A stretch of DNA of 39,090 nucleotides from contig NC_068981.1 in the NCBI RefSeq assembly GCF_001194135.2, positions 61,867,576 through 61,906,665 on the forward strand. Reading direction: 5' to 3'. Every line of letters begins with the position of its first letter. Within the stretch, counting starts at the first letter, position 1. A program made the translations under genes and the position numbers. The notes under the pieces were generated by a model that saw nothing but the letters and a program-made list of their open reading frames with translations, made no database searches and had not been told where the DNA came from. Origin of the DNA: Octopus bimaculoides (lineage: Eukaryota). Positions 24,650 through 36,777 of this stretch are shown here, in pieces.

Positions 24650-25630
24650 GAAATATGCATTTTACGTTTCTGAGAAAAGTTACCAATTTCCAAGTGTTCA
24701 TTAGGCATATAATTACCGATTTTTTCTCTCTTTTCTTCGATATTTATATTACTACAGTCATTTATTGTTTCTATGTTGGGTGTCCATTCCTGTTACAAGC
24801 ATTAAGAATCCGAGCAGTTTTTCAGCATTTCAAAATTAAAATCCCCGAATACATATGGATATGTAGCTTTTCAGTTCTGCATAATGTTTCAAGAACTTTT
24901 TCTCTCCAGAAAAATGTATATTCACTTGCCTTGACGTTTTTGATTTCACATTTCAAAATCTTATAAACAATTTGCGTCACTCTTGTGTTAGATCTCATTA
25001 GTCCAAATATCTGATGAAGAGTTCATTGTTGATTTAACATTTTTTATGTCATTCTCTTGATGTTACTTTGTAGGAAAAAAATCTTCGTTATATATTTCTG
25101 AGAAACCTCTTCTACATATTCTGATCAATCTTTTTGTCTAACTTATATTTTCTTACAAATCTCCTTTCACTTGTTTGTGAGCAATCAAGCAGTAACCATC
25201 ACGAAAGCTTTTCTTTAAAATCGTCTTTTCTCCTTTGAAGTATTTTATTGAAAAGCTTAACTTCATTCCCAAATTATTGATTTTGCCGTATATGTTTGGC
25301 CCTTTTTTCTCTGTCTCAACACCATACATGCCAACTGAGGATAAGCAGCACAATATACGAGGTCATTTATATGAGATATTCTCAACTTTGATTTCGTTAA
25401 TAATTTTCCTCTTAATACATGGGATCTCGTTCTAAATCTGTTCCCTGTCTCGTTGAAATGATGAGGTAAGCTCGTATCTTCTTTTGCAATATACCTTACC
25501 ATGAATACAATAATTATTGTTACTGCTCTGTTGGCCTGATTTATGATCTTTCTGACATTTCTTTTCAATTTTCTTGCCCGTCTATTCGTACTTTTCATCT
25601 TTTCCTCTTTGATGCGCTCTTCCATCCTGA
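24650..25630 (-). mobile_element. Possible pre-RT N-terminal region of an R4-type LINE, heavily degraded
   Basis: Lys/Arg-rich coding-like sequence with SHINDLVYCAA, similar to the xxxNxLIYAAA motif, and a later FFW. It has many stops and indels. Confidence 0.4.
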
Positions 25631-25835
25631 AGAAACTCTATTGCTTTCTCAACGTATTTGATTGTTTTTATCTGAACGTCTTTGTTATGTGTGTGTGTGG
25701 AGGGGTACATAACAGTCTTTCTATCCATGTTTAGAGTATCGTTTTTCTGTATTCAACACTGATCCAAAATCTATTTTACATTATATACCTATCTACATGC
25801 ACACAAACATACATACATACATACATACACTTATG

Positions 25836-25881
<46 letters not shown>

Positions 25882-27309
25882 CTATTTCTTATATAACTTT
25901 AGAAATATATAATGCATTCTGCAATGTAGACAATTGTCACCACGACATCACATATTTTACATTGCCTTAAACCTGGCACATTATACTAAATAATAGGATC
26001 GGGAAGCTTGACATTAATCTTGAGCCTGTTACAGGATAGCATTCGCGAAATAGCATGAAATAACTCCACAAGTCATAGGTGAAATGATCATTAGGTCTGC
26101 AAGGCCAAGCAATCTCAGAGAAACACAGTTATTTGATGTGATCCATTTTCGAGGTAAAATACAGAGTTCAATATAGCAAACTTCAAAGGAGTACTGCATT
26201 TCTTTTATCTATATTTGAAGGTGTTTAAAATCTAAGGAAAGGAAAGGTTTTCATGTATTATGGTTCAGGGTCATCCACCGCTGATTAATGTACAGGATTG
26301 GAGGAATGTGAAGGCCATTTAATGATTAAGCAGTGATGCATACTAATTCAGTAATATTTTGGGCTTGAAAATTACTTTTATGTTGGAGGCACTGTCACGA
26401 AATGCGATTGTCGAAAATCGGAATACAGGAGCCCTAGCGCAGTATAAAGTTTTGCTTTCAATTACGTCACGGATTTTGAGGGCTTCGAAATATGGCATTT
26501 GTCCCTATTACTTGACAACATCATATTAAAACATCCTTCGATTTCCCGAGAAAAAATACTTCACTAATGCACAGTAATCGGTTGAGATAGGTTGATGATT
26601 TTGTCACAACAAAGTCGTGTTACACAGTCCTTCGTTTTGGGGAGGAATGTCGCCATACGTAGGTCATCTGAGACTCAAACACATATATGAAGCATTAAAG
26701 TGAAGAATCAGTTATCCGAGGGATTCAAATTGTCAAGTTCTTGATGAATTCGGTTTTAACTGTTTAAAAGATATCACCGAAGAACAGAACGTAATTCTAA
26801 GATCTTGAGTCATATACTAAGAAAATAACTTTAAATATATATTAAAAAGTATGCACCTTTTAATATCTTTTTCATATTTCAAGCAGCAGTTAAAATGCGA
26901 AAAGAGCTTTTAATCTCATAACTTCTCAGATTCTGAACTAATTTTATTGACACTGTGAGCCAAAAATGAATCTGTTGGCTTGTTCTGAAGGACTCTTGAT
27001 CTGGGAATAATTTCCAGAAATCCTTGGCCTAGTGGTAAACGGGGCCAGAAGTGCCGGCAGAGAGGTGTAACAGTGATGCATTTCAGAATCCGCAAAACAT
27101 GAAGATATTCTGTCAGAATATTGCTGACTTACGGAATAATTTCAAATAACTTTTATCAAGTGTAATGTAAATCTCGATAGCGACACGTCTACTGTTAATA
27201 ATGTCCAAACTATTTCATTCAACCGGAAAACAAGTCTTACTGTGTTTGATGTCTATTGTAGAATACTTTCCTTTTTGCTTCAATTCACGATCCTACTGTT
27301 TCAAATGGT

Positions 27310-27430
27310 GTATCATCCTCCTCATCATCATCATCATCATCATCGTCGTCGTCGTCATCATCATCATCATCATCATCATTATCATCATCATCAACATCAT
27401 TCTCGTCGTCCTCGACGTCATCATCATCTC
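27310..27430. repeat. (CAT)n/(CGT)n compound microsatellite
   Basis: Read directly. Confidence 0.93.
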
Positions 27431-29503
27431 CCCTCTTTACCTTTTATATATTACAGTCATTGAACGTCAGTTATGCTTGCAAATGTCCTTCAAGTTAATT
27501 TCGCCGAAGAAAATGTTTTCATTAGAGAATTTAGTCAAGTGATAAATGCGTTTTTCTCGAATTCCAAAATAATATGAAGTTTAAGGCGCAAATTTAATAG
27601 TAAAATCACAAAGACGCGCACAAACATAAATGCATACAAGCGCGCGCACACGCACAACCCTATAAATGAGTATGTATAGTATGTACCACATTAGGATTTT
27701 TTTTTGTGCACAAACTCTCTCCACAACCACCACTAAAATACGCAAACGAAATCAGACAAAAACGTGGTAATTGAATGCCTACCCTCTACATTTTCCAAAT
27801 ATCTGAAATGTATAACAGGGAAAAAATGACAGCAAATCATCCGTTAACTTATACTGAAAACTTTGAGGGACAGGCAATTGGATCAATGTGATATTCCGAT
27901 ACCTACGGTCTGGCAGCACCAAAAGAGACAAAATTGTACATGAAACGATTAAGTAGTTCAATCACGTAACAACTAGCAACTACCGTATCGACAAGATCTA
28001 AAGTGACAAAAGCAAAAAAAAAAAAAGTTAATCAGAAAATGAAGCAAACGGTGTTACAAGCAACGAACAATGAAAACAAAAAGTTTTGAAAATAACGTCA
28101 TTGCAACACAAAAAAACAGAAAAAATCCAATAAGGCAGAGAGCAAGATACTCTCCACGAATTGTATCAGGAGACTAAGAAAGCTGCAAGAGCAACCAAAT
28201 CTGAATCCCGTAAAATGAGTGCTATAGTAACTAACAGTTCAGGCTCGTCTGCATAGTCTTTCGAAAGAGAAATGAACATATGGAGTATAAACTGCAACAG
28301 GTAACAGATTTTTAGACTTCTCCTATGACCTCGACGAGGAAACTTTCTCTATGGCACCACTTGAGAAATTCCTGGCATGGAGCAAGCGATAAGATTATAG
28401 CCTCCCCAAGAACAAAAATTCTCGAACCTCGTGGTAAAGTTTAAAGCATTTAAAAAAAAAACCGATTTTGATTTAGCTTTGATGAAACTAGACAGTACAA
28501 ACATATCTGATATTTACACCACGATTTTTTTACTTTTATACATTTGTTCCACTGGCATGAAATTAAGGGCATATGCTGAGAAACTTCGGATCACTCCACT
28601 TGAATGCTGTAGCCATTACTAAAACCTGTATTTCCGATTCATTCACAAACTTTGTGGACGATTACGAGGTCTACGTATTCTTTTGCGTACGTAATACAAG
28701 TGAGGTTTTCTACACGTATAAGAGCAGCATATCACGTTATACTAATTAACATATGATGGGTCCGTCGTCAGGTTCTGGGCTTTCAGTTGTCTACTTGACT
28801 GATTTCGTTTCCCAATTTTTTAGTCATATATTGTTAGGTCATATGGTTATCTACATATCTGAAGAGTACGTTCGATGTACAATGGCAGATATTTATAATT
28901 ACAAGATTATAAATACCTTTATTTTTAGGTAGATACTGTTAGGTATTTTAGATGATAAATCAATTGGCACTCGTTTGCTCTTTCAGTATTTACATTATAT
29001 ATCTTAACCAGCGCTTCTAAGTAAATATTCACGGCACTTTTAATAATAGCCTTCTTTTCTATAACACAATTTGTGTTGTATGTATACATTACGCTATTCT
29101 TCCAATTTTATTTCTATAAAATCTTTAAATATATGTACAGTGACTTGATCGTAAATATAGTTTAGAAATATGAGATAATTCTTGCAATATTTTCATAAAA
29201 TACTATTTTAATTAGGTTTACTTAAAAGGGTATTTAATATACCTTCGGATGGCGTTTTTTTTATTTTTGAAATAAAACCAATTAAGCCCTACTTTACAGT
29301 TTATGGCAAACTGTCAAAATGAACACATTAATTGAGAGATCACATTAATTATTAATTTCTTGTGGTGCTTTACTTAAAATATCGAGCAATATGCACGCTA
29401 ATTTCAATTCGCACGTCTGTATACGGTCACTAGATATAATTACCTTTTATCAATTATATTTAATAATGCATTTTTCATTTTTCAGTTTATATATATATAT
29501 GTG

Positions 29504-29556
<53 letters not shown>

Positions 29557-31528
29557 NNNNNNNNNNNNNNNNNNNNNNNNNNNNNNNNNNNNNNNNNNNN
29601 NNNNNNNNNNNNNNNNNNNNNNNNNNNNNNNNNNNNNNNNNNNNNNNNNNNNNNNNNNNNNNNNNNNNNNNNNNNNNNNNNNNNNNNNNNNNNNNNNNNN
29701 NNNNNNNNNNNNNNNNNNNNNNNNNNNNNNNNNNNNNNNNNNNNNNNNNNNNNNNNNNNNNNNNNNNNNNNNNNNNNNNNNNNNNNNNNNNNNNNNNNNN
29801 NNNNNNNNNNNNNNNNNNNNNNNNNNNNNNNNNNNNNNNNNNNNNNNNNNNNNNNNNNNNNNNNNNNNNNNNNNNNNNNNNNNNNNNNNNNNNNNNNNNN
29901 NNNNNNNNNNNNNNNNNNNNNNNNNNNNNNNNNNNNNNNNNNNNNNNNNNNNNNNNNNNNNNNNNNNNNNNNNNNGGTGTTTGTATGTATGCTCACTGAG
30001 AAGAAGAGAGGTGTGTGTTAGTATATATGTATATTGAAAGATAGATGTTTATATGTGTATATTTATGCATCCAGGTATTCATATAAATAAATAACTATAT
30101 GGATCTATGTACGTCTGCATTCATGCATGTTATATTCAATACAATCCCACAACGCTGGAAGATTAATCTAATCGAAAATCTTATTTATTAATTAAAAATA
30201 CAAATAAAGATTGTTTCCATTTAAGTTTGCAACACATTTAATATCGATAATTCACCACTAGAAATTTTCATATTGGCTTGCAGAAGGGTCACCGTTATGT
30301 GCCAATATTGAACATAACAATTCGTTCATCATTTAAATTATAAATATTAAAAAAATATAAAAGTAGCTTAATATTTTTTTAATACAAAAAATAATGCAAA
30401 TTTCTGGGAAAGATCTACTAACGATGATGATGATGATAATGATGATGATTGATGCTGACAGCGGTAACGACGACGTTATTACCGATTTTCCACTTCGTTA
30501 CTGCATCGTTCTTATTTTCATTAACAAGGTCATTTTCTTTGGTTAGCTTGCTACAAACTTTCCCATTTCCACTCAGAGCAAACAGTGCATGTTTTATCTG
30601 ACATTTTGTGTTTCGTTATACTGCATGAATGGTTGAAACATGTTCTTTAAGTCTTCATTTTCTTTTTACCAGAAAGTCGTATTTCCTAAAAGTTTACCAA
30701 AATGTTTAACAGTTTTTATTTCTCTGAACTCTTAACTATTGATTATTGCTTGTAGCTAAATTTCATATTAATATATAAATATGTTCTTATGGCTGTATTC
30801 TTATTATTGTTCTTATGGCTGTAAAAAGATATTTTATGATTATATATCTATATCTATATATCATGAATTATGTCAATCCCAGTTTCCTCACTTTTCATTT
30901 GAGTATTTTCAAAAATAAAATGTTGATATATATTAAGACAAAAAAATGTTCATTTTCCATTTTTCAGTCCGTTTCCGTTACATTTTTTCCTTCCGTAATA
31001 TGTTCGAATATGCTCGAACCTGTTTTATAAGTAAATTTATGTTTTTAACAGTATCGAGTTTTTATACTGTAGTTATATTTGCGAACTTTTCTACACACTG
31101 ACGAATATATATTAGTCATGCGTTATCTTTCTATAAAATATGTGTATCAATCTCGTTGTAAGAGATAATACCAGCAATGTAAATGAAAACTTTAAAATGT
31201 TATATTCAAGGAATTTCCTTACGAGCATTGCATCGATGGCAGGCGAATTGAAATGTTGTTGAATAAAATTCTATGGGAAATGAGAGAATTTAAGGAAAAT
31301 GTAGTTTGACAGAAACACGAATGAAGCTGACAAGATGTGATATTCATTTCAGCTCACTTTATTTCTAGGATTTTATAGTTATATTTATCTATGAGAACAT
31401 ATGATGTGCACGATATGAAAGATGCCGGATGTCATCAGATCATTTGACCATTATGGTATAATAGAATAATGGTTAAAAATACAAATACTAGCCATATCAA
31501 AGAAGACTACTCTGAATAGCTTATACGG

Positions 31529-31529
<1 letters not shown>

Positions 31530-31570
<41 letters not shown>

Positions 31571-31635
31571 AAAAAAGTCAAGAAGAAGAAGAAGAAGAGG
31601 AAGAATGCGGGAGTGCCATGATAATTGTACGATAA

Positions 31636-31682
<47 letters not shown>

Positions 31683-31725
31683 TAAATAGGTAGGTAGATA
31701 CATAAATAGAAAGATACATTGTCAG

Positions 31726-31765
<40 letters not shown>
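31530..31765. repeat. Microsatellite cluster (TA)n, (AAG)n, (GATA)n, (TG)n
   Basis: Read directly. Confidence 0.95.
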
Positions 31766-32209
31766 ATGCCTAGTTTCGAATGGAAAGTGGTTGCTCTTAA
31801 TGAAGGATGTATTTCATCTAAGCGTACACCAAATTAGCTCTATATCGATTAATTTTCATGGAATTTCTTAATTTGTGTTAGTATTAGTGCTTATTGGTGG
31901 TTCTTCTTCAAAACTAGTCATTTACACTACGGAAGTTCCAGTTGTCGTTATAGACTGTTTTCTTCTATCTGGTATAAGAGAATAGAATGTTGATAATATA
32001 ATATAAATAAAATGGAGGGTCTGCATACAGAAATCAATCTATTTATATAATAGTCGATTTTATGTCGCCTACGCACGTTTCAATTTCTCACCTTCATTTA
32101 TATTTTACAATTAACTTCAATGTAAAAATTTACATATATTCATTTACATCCTAAATTTATGGAGAATTCTTTTCAGACAGAAAAACAGAATGTGTATGTG
32201 TGTCTGTTT

Positions 32210-32603
32210 TTGTCAGCACGTGCGTCTTTGGAGTCCGTTCTAAAAATGGCTAGAGGTTAAACTGCTACCGTATCGGACCATGGGGAGTTGCAGTTCTGAA
32301 GGACTAGGTCATACAAATTTTCACCCTGAATGGAAACTAGATAGTCTTCTTTTAGGCCGGCTGCCAATCATCTCCCTACTTACTTGTGAAAAGAATAAGA
32401 AGTATATATATTATATATATACTTCTTATTCTTTTCACAAGTGAGTAGAGAGATGATTGGCAGCCGGCCTAAAAGAAGACTATCTGGTTTCCATTCAGGG
32501 TGAAAATTTGTATGACCTAGTCCTTCAGAACTGCAGCTCCCCATGGTCCGATACGGTAGCAGTTTAACCTTAGAACGGAATCCAAAGACGCACGTGCTGA
32601 CAA
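32210..32603. repeat. Near-perfect spacer-less palindrome (~394 bp) centred on a TA-rich tract at ~32412
   Basis: Arms are reverse complements, differing by 5 substitutions and one 11-nt indel by hand alignment. Confidence 0.97.
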
Positions 32604-32854
32604 GTAACCAAATCTATTTAGTTGTGAGAACTTCAATTTTTATTATTAGTGTATTTTAAATTTTGATTATTTAGATGTATTAGTCTTATTTATCGATAGT
32701 TTGGATTATTATAAACTATATTTGTATATAGATTATTTTGAGATGGTGAGAGTACATTTTCTTTTAAGATTTGTTCCTATGTCAATCATTCACGGAATGT
32801 TTATTTAGATATAATTCATTATTTAAAATTATATATCTATCTGGGAATAGAGTT

Positions 32855-33680
32855 ACATAGCTTTCACTACCAGTCTGGTGCCATTATACAGGCTAGGTGG
32901 ATCCATATTCCTGAGCAGCATGATTGGGATCCCTTTTTAAGTATTAAGTTGGCATCCAAGATGACTATAGAGAGTTGAAGAACTTGGTTGGAAAAACTTC
33001 CGCTTCTTCCTGATCAGTTACAGCGTCGATGGATTTGAAACATTTTACTTGTCCTGGAAACAGCTGCATGAGGTCCCAAACGATTTTGTCGACAGCGTCA
33101 TTATGTGGAGCTAAGATTGCTCGCTCACATAGGCATTGACTGTTGCTAAAGTTTTGTGCAATGTTTGGAAGCACATGCATTTTGGGATCATTGACAGTTG
33201 GTACTACCTCATGACATGGTAGCTTGTGTTGCTGAATTTGGTGGACATAAGGTAGTTTCCCATTCCCTATGTTCAAACGCTGGCGGGAAAACAGCCCGCA
33301 GTTTGATTACCAAATAATCGGGCCCTAATATTAGCTGTCAGGTGCAGTTTGGTCACATGCCTCGACATGTACGATTGCTTCAGACAGACCTTTAGGTTTT
33401 GGATCACAGGAAGGGTTTGTCTGATACCCCCAGTCAAAACTACGGTGACACCACTCACGAGAGTCCTTTTCTCTCATATCTATTATGCTACGGCCAACAG
33501 CTTCAAATACTCCACGGTGAGACATGGTGCATGCATCTCAGACAATCAAGCATGTGTTCAGGCAAGATCTTGGCCCTTGCTGTCTTAGATATGTTGGAAA
33601 TTGGAGTCTCTCTCCTAAGTAAATTTAAGGGAAGGGTGAAAGTAGAATGGGCTGTTCGACCACCTGTTAATTATCCAGTC
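32855..33680 (-). pseudogene. Helitron RepHel PIF1-like helicase, central fragment
   Basis: GGRTAHSTFTLPLNL, LIV*DACTMSHR.VFEAV, GVTVVLTGGIRQTLPVI, LHLTANIR, ERAILAPHNDAVDKI, FPTKFFNSL and GIPIMLLRNMDPPSLYNGTRLVVKAM. Confidence 0.92.
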
Positions 33681-34649
33681 ACAATTAGGTTTATCAGCAA
33701 CCAACCTTTGTGTGAAAATGTTGGTGTGAATGCGCGCGTGACTGGACCGTACGCAGAAATTTTGTTTCAGAAAATTACTTCTTACACATCTAGTTGTCAA
33801 TTCATTAGATTAATCCCAACAAATCATTCCAAGTTTAGTCACTATCTCAGCACCTTTGTTTGTGTTTTTAATCCAAATTAATAAAAAATTTAACATACTT
33901 CCAAAATGGGACTTCATCCATGTGTATCCGCGTGCATATATGTGCAGGTGTCTGTGTTTGGGGGTGTAGGGGTGTGGAGTGTGGTTGTAGTGCGTAAAAA
34001 ATATTTACGGAAATGCACTCGTAAAAATTGCATTAAAATATTTATATTTTTATATGCCACTTTTTCAATTCTCCGTATAAATGAGGGTAAAGTGTGTATC
34101 AAATGAAATTAAAATCCTGGATCAGTGACAAATCGATCAAATTCGTAAAGATTTAACGTTTTTAGTAACGACATATCCTCTTTTCTAATTAATTATTGAA
34201 AAAGAGAGAAAATTCCACCCTCACTTTTGGAAGAGAAATTAATTTTGGCGAACTAAACTCCCTTTTTCAATATCACAACTAAAAAGTACTTATTTTTACT
34301 TTAAGGAAAAGGGGTGGGGTCGTAGACATATGACGGAGAATTATTCAATGTCGTGTTTGCTTCTATCAAAATCATTTAACTTTAAAGCGAAAAAAAATAC
34401 GACGTATACGGCAGGTATGTAAAACATATTTTTGTTTACTTTTTCTGTTCATTCGCATAAACTGTAGGAATTGTTGCGCACGTGAACGCACAAACAGAAA
34501 TATTCCAGACATTTAGCTGTTATTTTTAGCAGTTCATTTTCAGTTCATTTTCTAATATTTTTATCTATTCTCTTCTATCTACTTACCCCCTCCACCCACC
34601 AGTATATTCTCAAAACTTCATTTACACTACAGGATGCGTTCATTTTATG

Positions 34650-35625
34650 AACAGATCATGGAATTAATGCCTGCACACTATCCATTTGAAATAACAATAT
34701 ATGAACTCCTATCGGAATTTACATACCATGGACAAGAAACCTCTTTACCCATTCTACACAGCACATTCCTTGGATAACGGAACAATAACTTTAACATCCA
34801 ACATGTATTTTTATTTTCATATTTAATTTTTTTATTTTCATATTTCCCTTTATACATTCTGCATCTCCCCCTTTTCAAAATAACTTCTGTACTGAACTCT
34901 ACTATTCCTTCTATTGAAATCCTCTTAACTCTTCTCTGATGACGGGATGTCATTTACGTCCCTGAAACAGCTGTAAGACCACATTTCTCTTTATAAATGT
35001 CTTTGAAATATTACATTGCCTTGGCCTTGTTATCTTATTTTATTTAACGTATACACGCTCACACACGACCCGCCTTAGACTCATCACTCATAACACTTCC
35101 GTAACACTTACATAGCCTTACCTGCCTTTTAGGGTCTTCTGGATACCAAAATCTGTCATATTATTGCTTCCTTGCTAATACAAGCACTCATTACAGGTAA
35201 CGCTGAAATAATGGATAAACAATTGTTTGGCATTTCTCATAAGGACACCCCTATTCCTTCACAAAAAATTACCTCTTACTCTTACTCACCAAAACTAAGG
35301 ACCTCATCCGAAGAATGCGGTGGAAAGCCTTCTTCCGTGACAACGGTAACAACAGGAGTGTCAATGACACCAACACATACAATCTTTGATTGTATAAAAA
35401 TCCTCCCCAGAACTCCGACTCGCAAATTCGAAACAGATATACTTCTACTTCATATGATTAGGAACATTAAATTCTCTAACTATAAATCTCCTTTCCAAAA
35501 AAATATTCCAAACTATAAAACGGATTACTTCATTACTTAAATTGCACATCTCAAATAAAATGGAAAACATGTATCCTATTGCTATCGAGGAATACACCAA
35601 ATTCATTAAGAAAGAACGCACAACA
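34650..35625 (+). mobile_element. Penelope-like element fragment: pseudo-LTR-like region with hammerhead, leader and ORF N-terminus from ATG 35211
   Basis: MDKQLFGISHKDTPIPSQK / YLLLLLTKTKDLIRRMRWKAFF / KFETDIL..MIRNIKF / KRITSLLKLHISNKMENMY..EEYTKFIK matches the PLE N-terminal IP.PS..Y..IKRMRWKAFF..IRNIKF..DK..Y series. The left boundary is inferred. Confidence 0.8.
34933..34978 (+). ncRNA. Minimal type I hammerhead ribozyme (PLE-associated)
   Basis: TCT-CTGATGA-C-GGGATG-TCATTTA-CGTCCC-T-GAAA-C-AGCT-G-TA-AGA. It has the CUGAUGA and GAAA cores, a 6-bp stem II, a palindromic CAGCTG stem III, a GUA cleavage triplet and a 3-bp stem I. Confidence 0.8.
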
Positions 35626-35635
35626 CTCAGCACTC

Positions 35636-36542
35636 AATTTTATTAAATGGTAGAAGGATGGAAGGGTGGTGTCTTTAGATGTGTAGTTCAGTCTTGTCTT
35701 CTTAGAGAGATTATTTGGTGACAGATGTTGGTCCAGCTGCTGCTGATGATATAAACCAGTTGGTGAGGTGTGATATTGTAAAACGTTTCGCATAGTGTGG
35801 TGTCACTGAGGTGTTCGATAGCCAGTTTGTTGTAGGTAGGTTTGTCTATAATGCAGAATTCTTTCCCATTGTCTGACTGTAGGTAGATGAGGACTTTGTT
35901 TCTTAGGATTTTCAAGGTCAGGAATAGGGATTTAGTAAGGTTGCGTGATGGGGAAGGCGTTTATATATGTTAAGTGTGGATTGTTCAAGTCTAGCCAGTT
36001 TCATATTGAGTTCGGGATTGTAAGGGAGAGGGTGGAGTGGGTTATCTAGGTGGTAGACGGGAAATCTAAGTGTAGCGGAGGAGGAGGTAGAAGAAGAAGA
36101 AGAAGAAGAAGAAGAAGAAGAAGAAGAAGAAGAAGAAGAAGAAGAAGAAGAAGAAGAAGAAGAAGAAGAAGAAAGAGATGACGATGATGAGGAAGTCGGT
36201 GAAGATGACGATGAGGAAGATGTAGAGGTGGTGGAGGGGGTAGAGTACGTAGGAGTTAAAGGGATAGATGATGACGATGACGCTGAAGAAGACGGTAAAG
36301 ATGGTGATGAAGAAGAATATGTAGAAATTGTACTTTGGCAACAATCGTCTATTTCTTGAAAATGGTGTCATAACCCCAAAATATTGATTACAAAGTAGGT
36401 CTACATTAATTGACATATTTCTTTTCTCGTGATTTTTCTGCAAATATTCAAATAAGGAAAAACCTTTTATCCTCTCCTTTGAAACACTCCTAAATTTGCC
36501 GTCCATTACATTTAATACCCCAAACATACTGTTCTCATTCAT
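35636..36542 (-). pseudogene. Second Penelope-like ORF N-terminal/pre-RT region, 3'-truncated, with internal (TTC)n expansion
   Basis: NLTKSLFLTLKILRNKVLIYLQSDNGKEFCIIDKPTYNKLAIEHLSDTT and LPSFYHLIK match PLE NL..E..AL..L.....ADKG...D..Y...LSD and P.FYGLPK. Upstream NMS..LL..F..TP..FSRNRRL is a weak match to the PLE N-terminal motif. Confidence 0.72.
36087..36175. repeat. (GAA)n microsatellite followed by a GAT/GAA-rich low-complexity tract
   Basis: Read directly. Confidence 0.95.
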
Positions 36543-36777
36543 ACTTATTTTTGAAGGGTTTGTAACATTTATTTTAAATTACTTTTTAACTTATCTTTAT
36601 TGTTTGTTCTTGTGTTCAGATGGGGAAGGTTCAATATATGAATTTATGCATCTGGGTTGGGGTTTTTTCGGGTATGATGGCGGTGATATCTCCTGTATAG
36701 ATGGATTATATCTGTCTAGCAAACTGTTGGTGCTTTGTGACTGGAATGTGAGTTTTTGATCATCTATGTTTACTGTT

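Noticed and set aside
25900-27200. Complex non-repetitive stretch that could hide a host exon or a piggyBac remnant
   Set aside because: No ORF of 60 aa or more in the track and no convincing motif in the frames examined.
28000-28420. Ala/Arg/Lys-rich coding-like patch with FSYDLDEE, recalling a Helitron N-terminus
   Set aside because: It is interrupted by many stops and lacks the Cys motifs; the similarity is compositional only.
29391-30037. 170-200 aa ORFs, also at 24120-24498
   Set aside because: Artefacts of translating through N gaps (29557-29975, 24190-24292) and dinucleotide repeats.
30782-30823. 16 bp direct repeat TGTTCTTATGGCTGTA
   Set aside because: Two copies 10 bp apart; a trivial local duplication.
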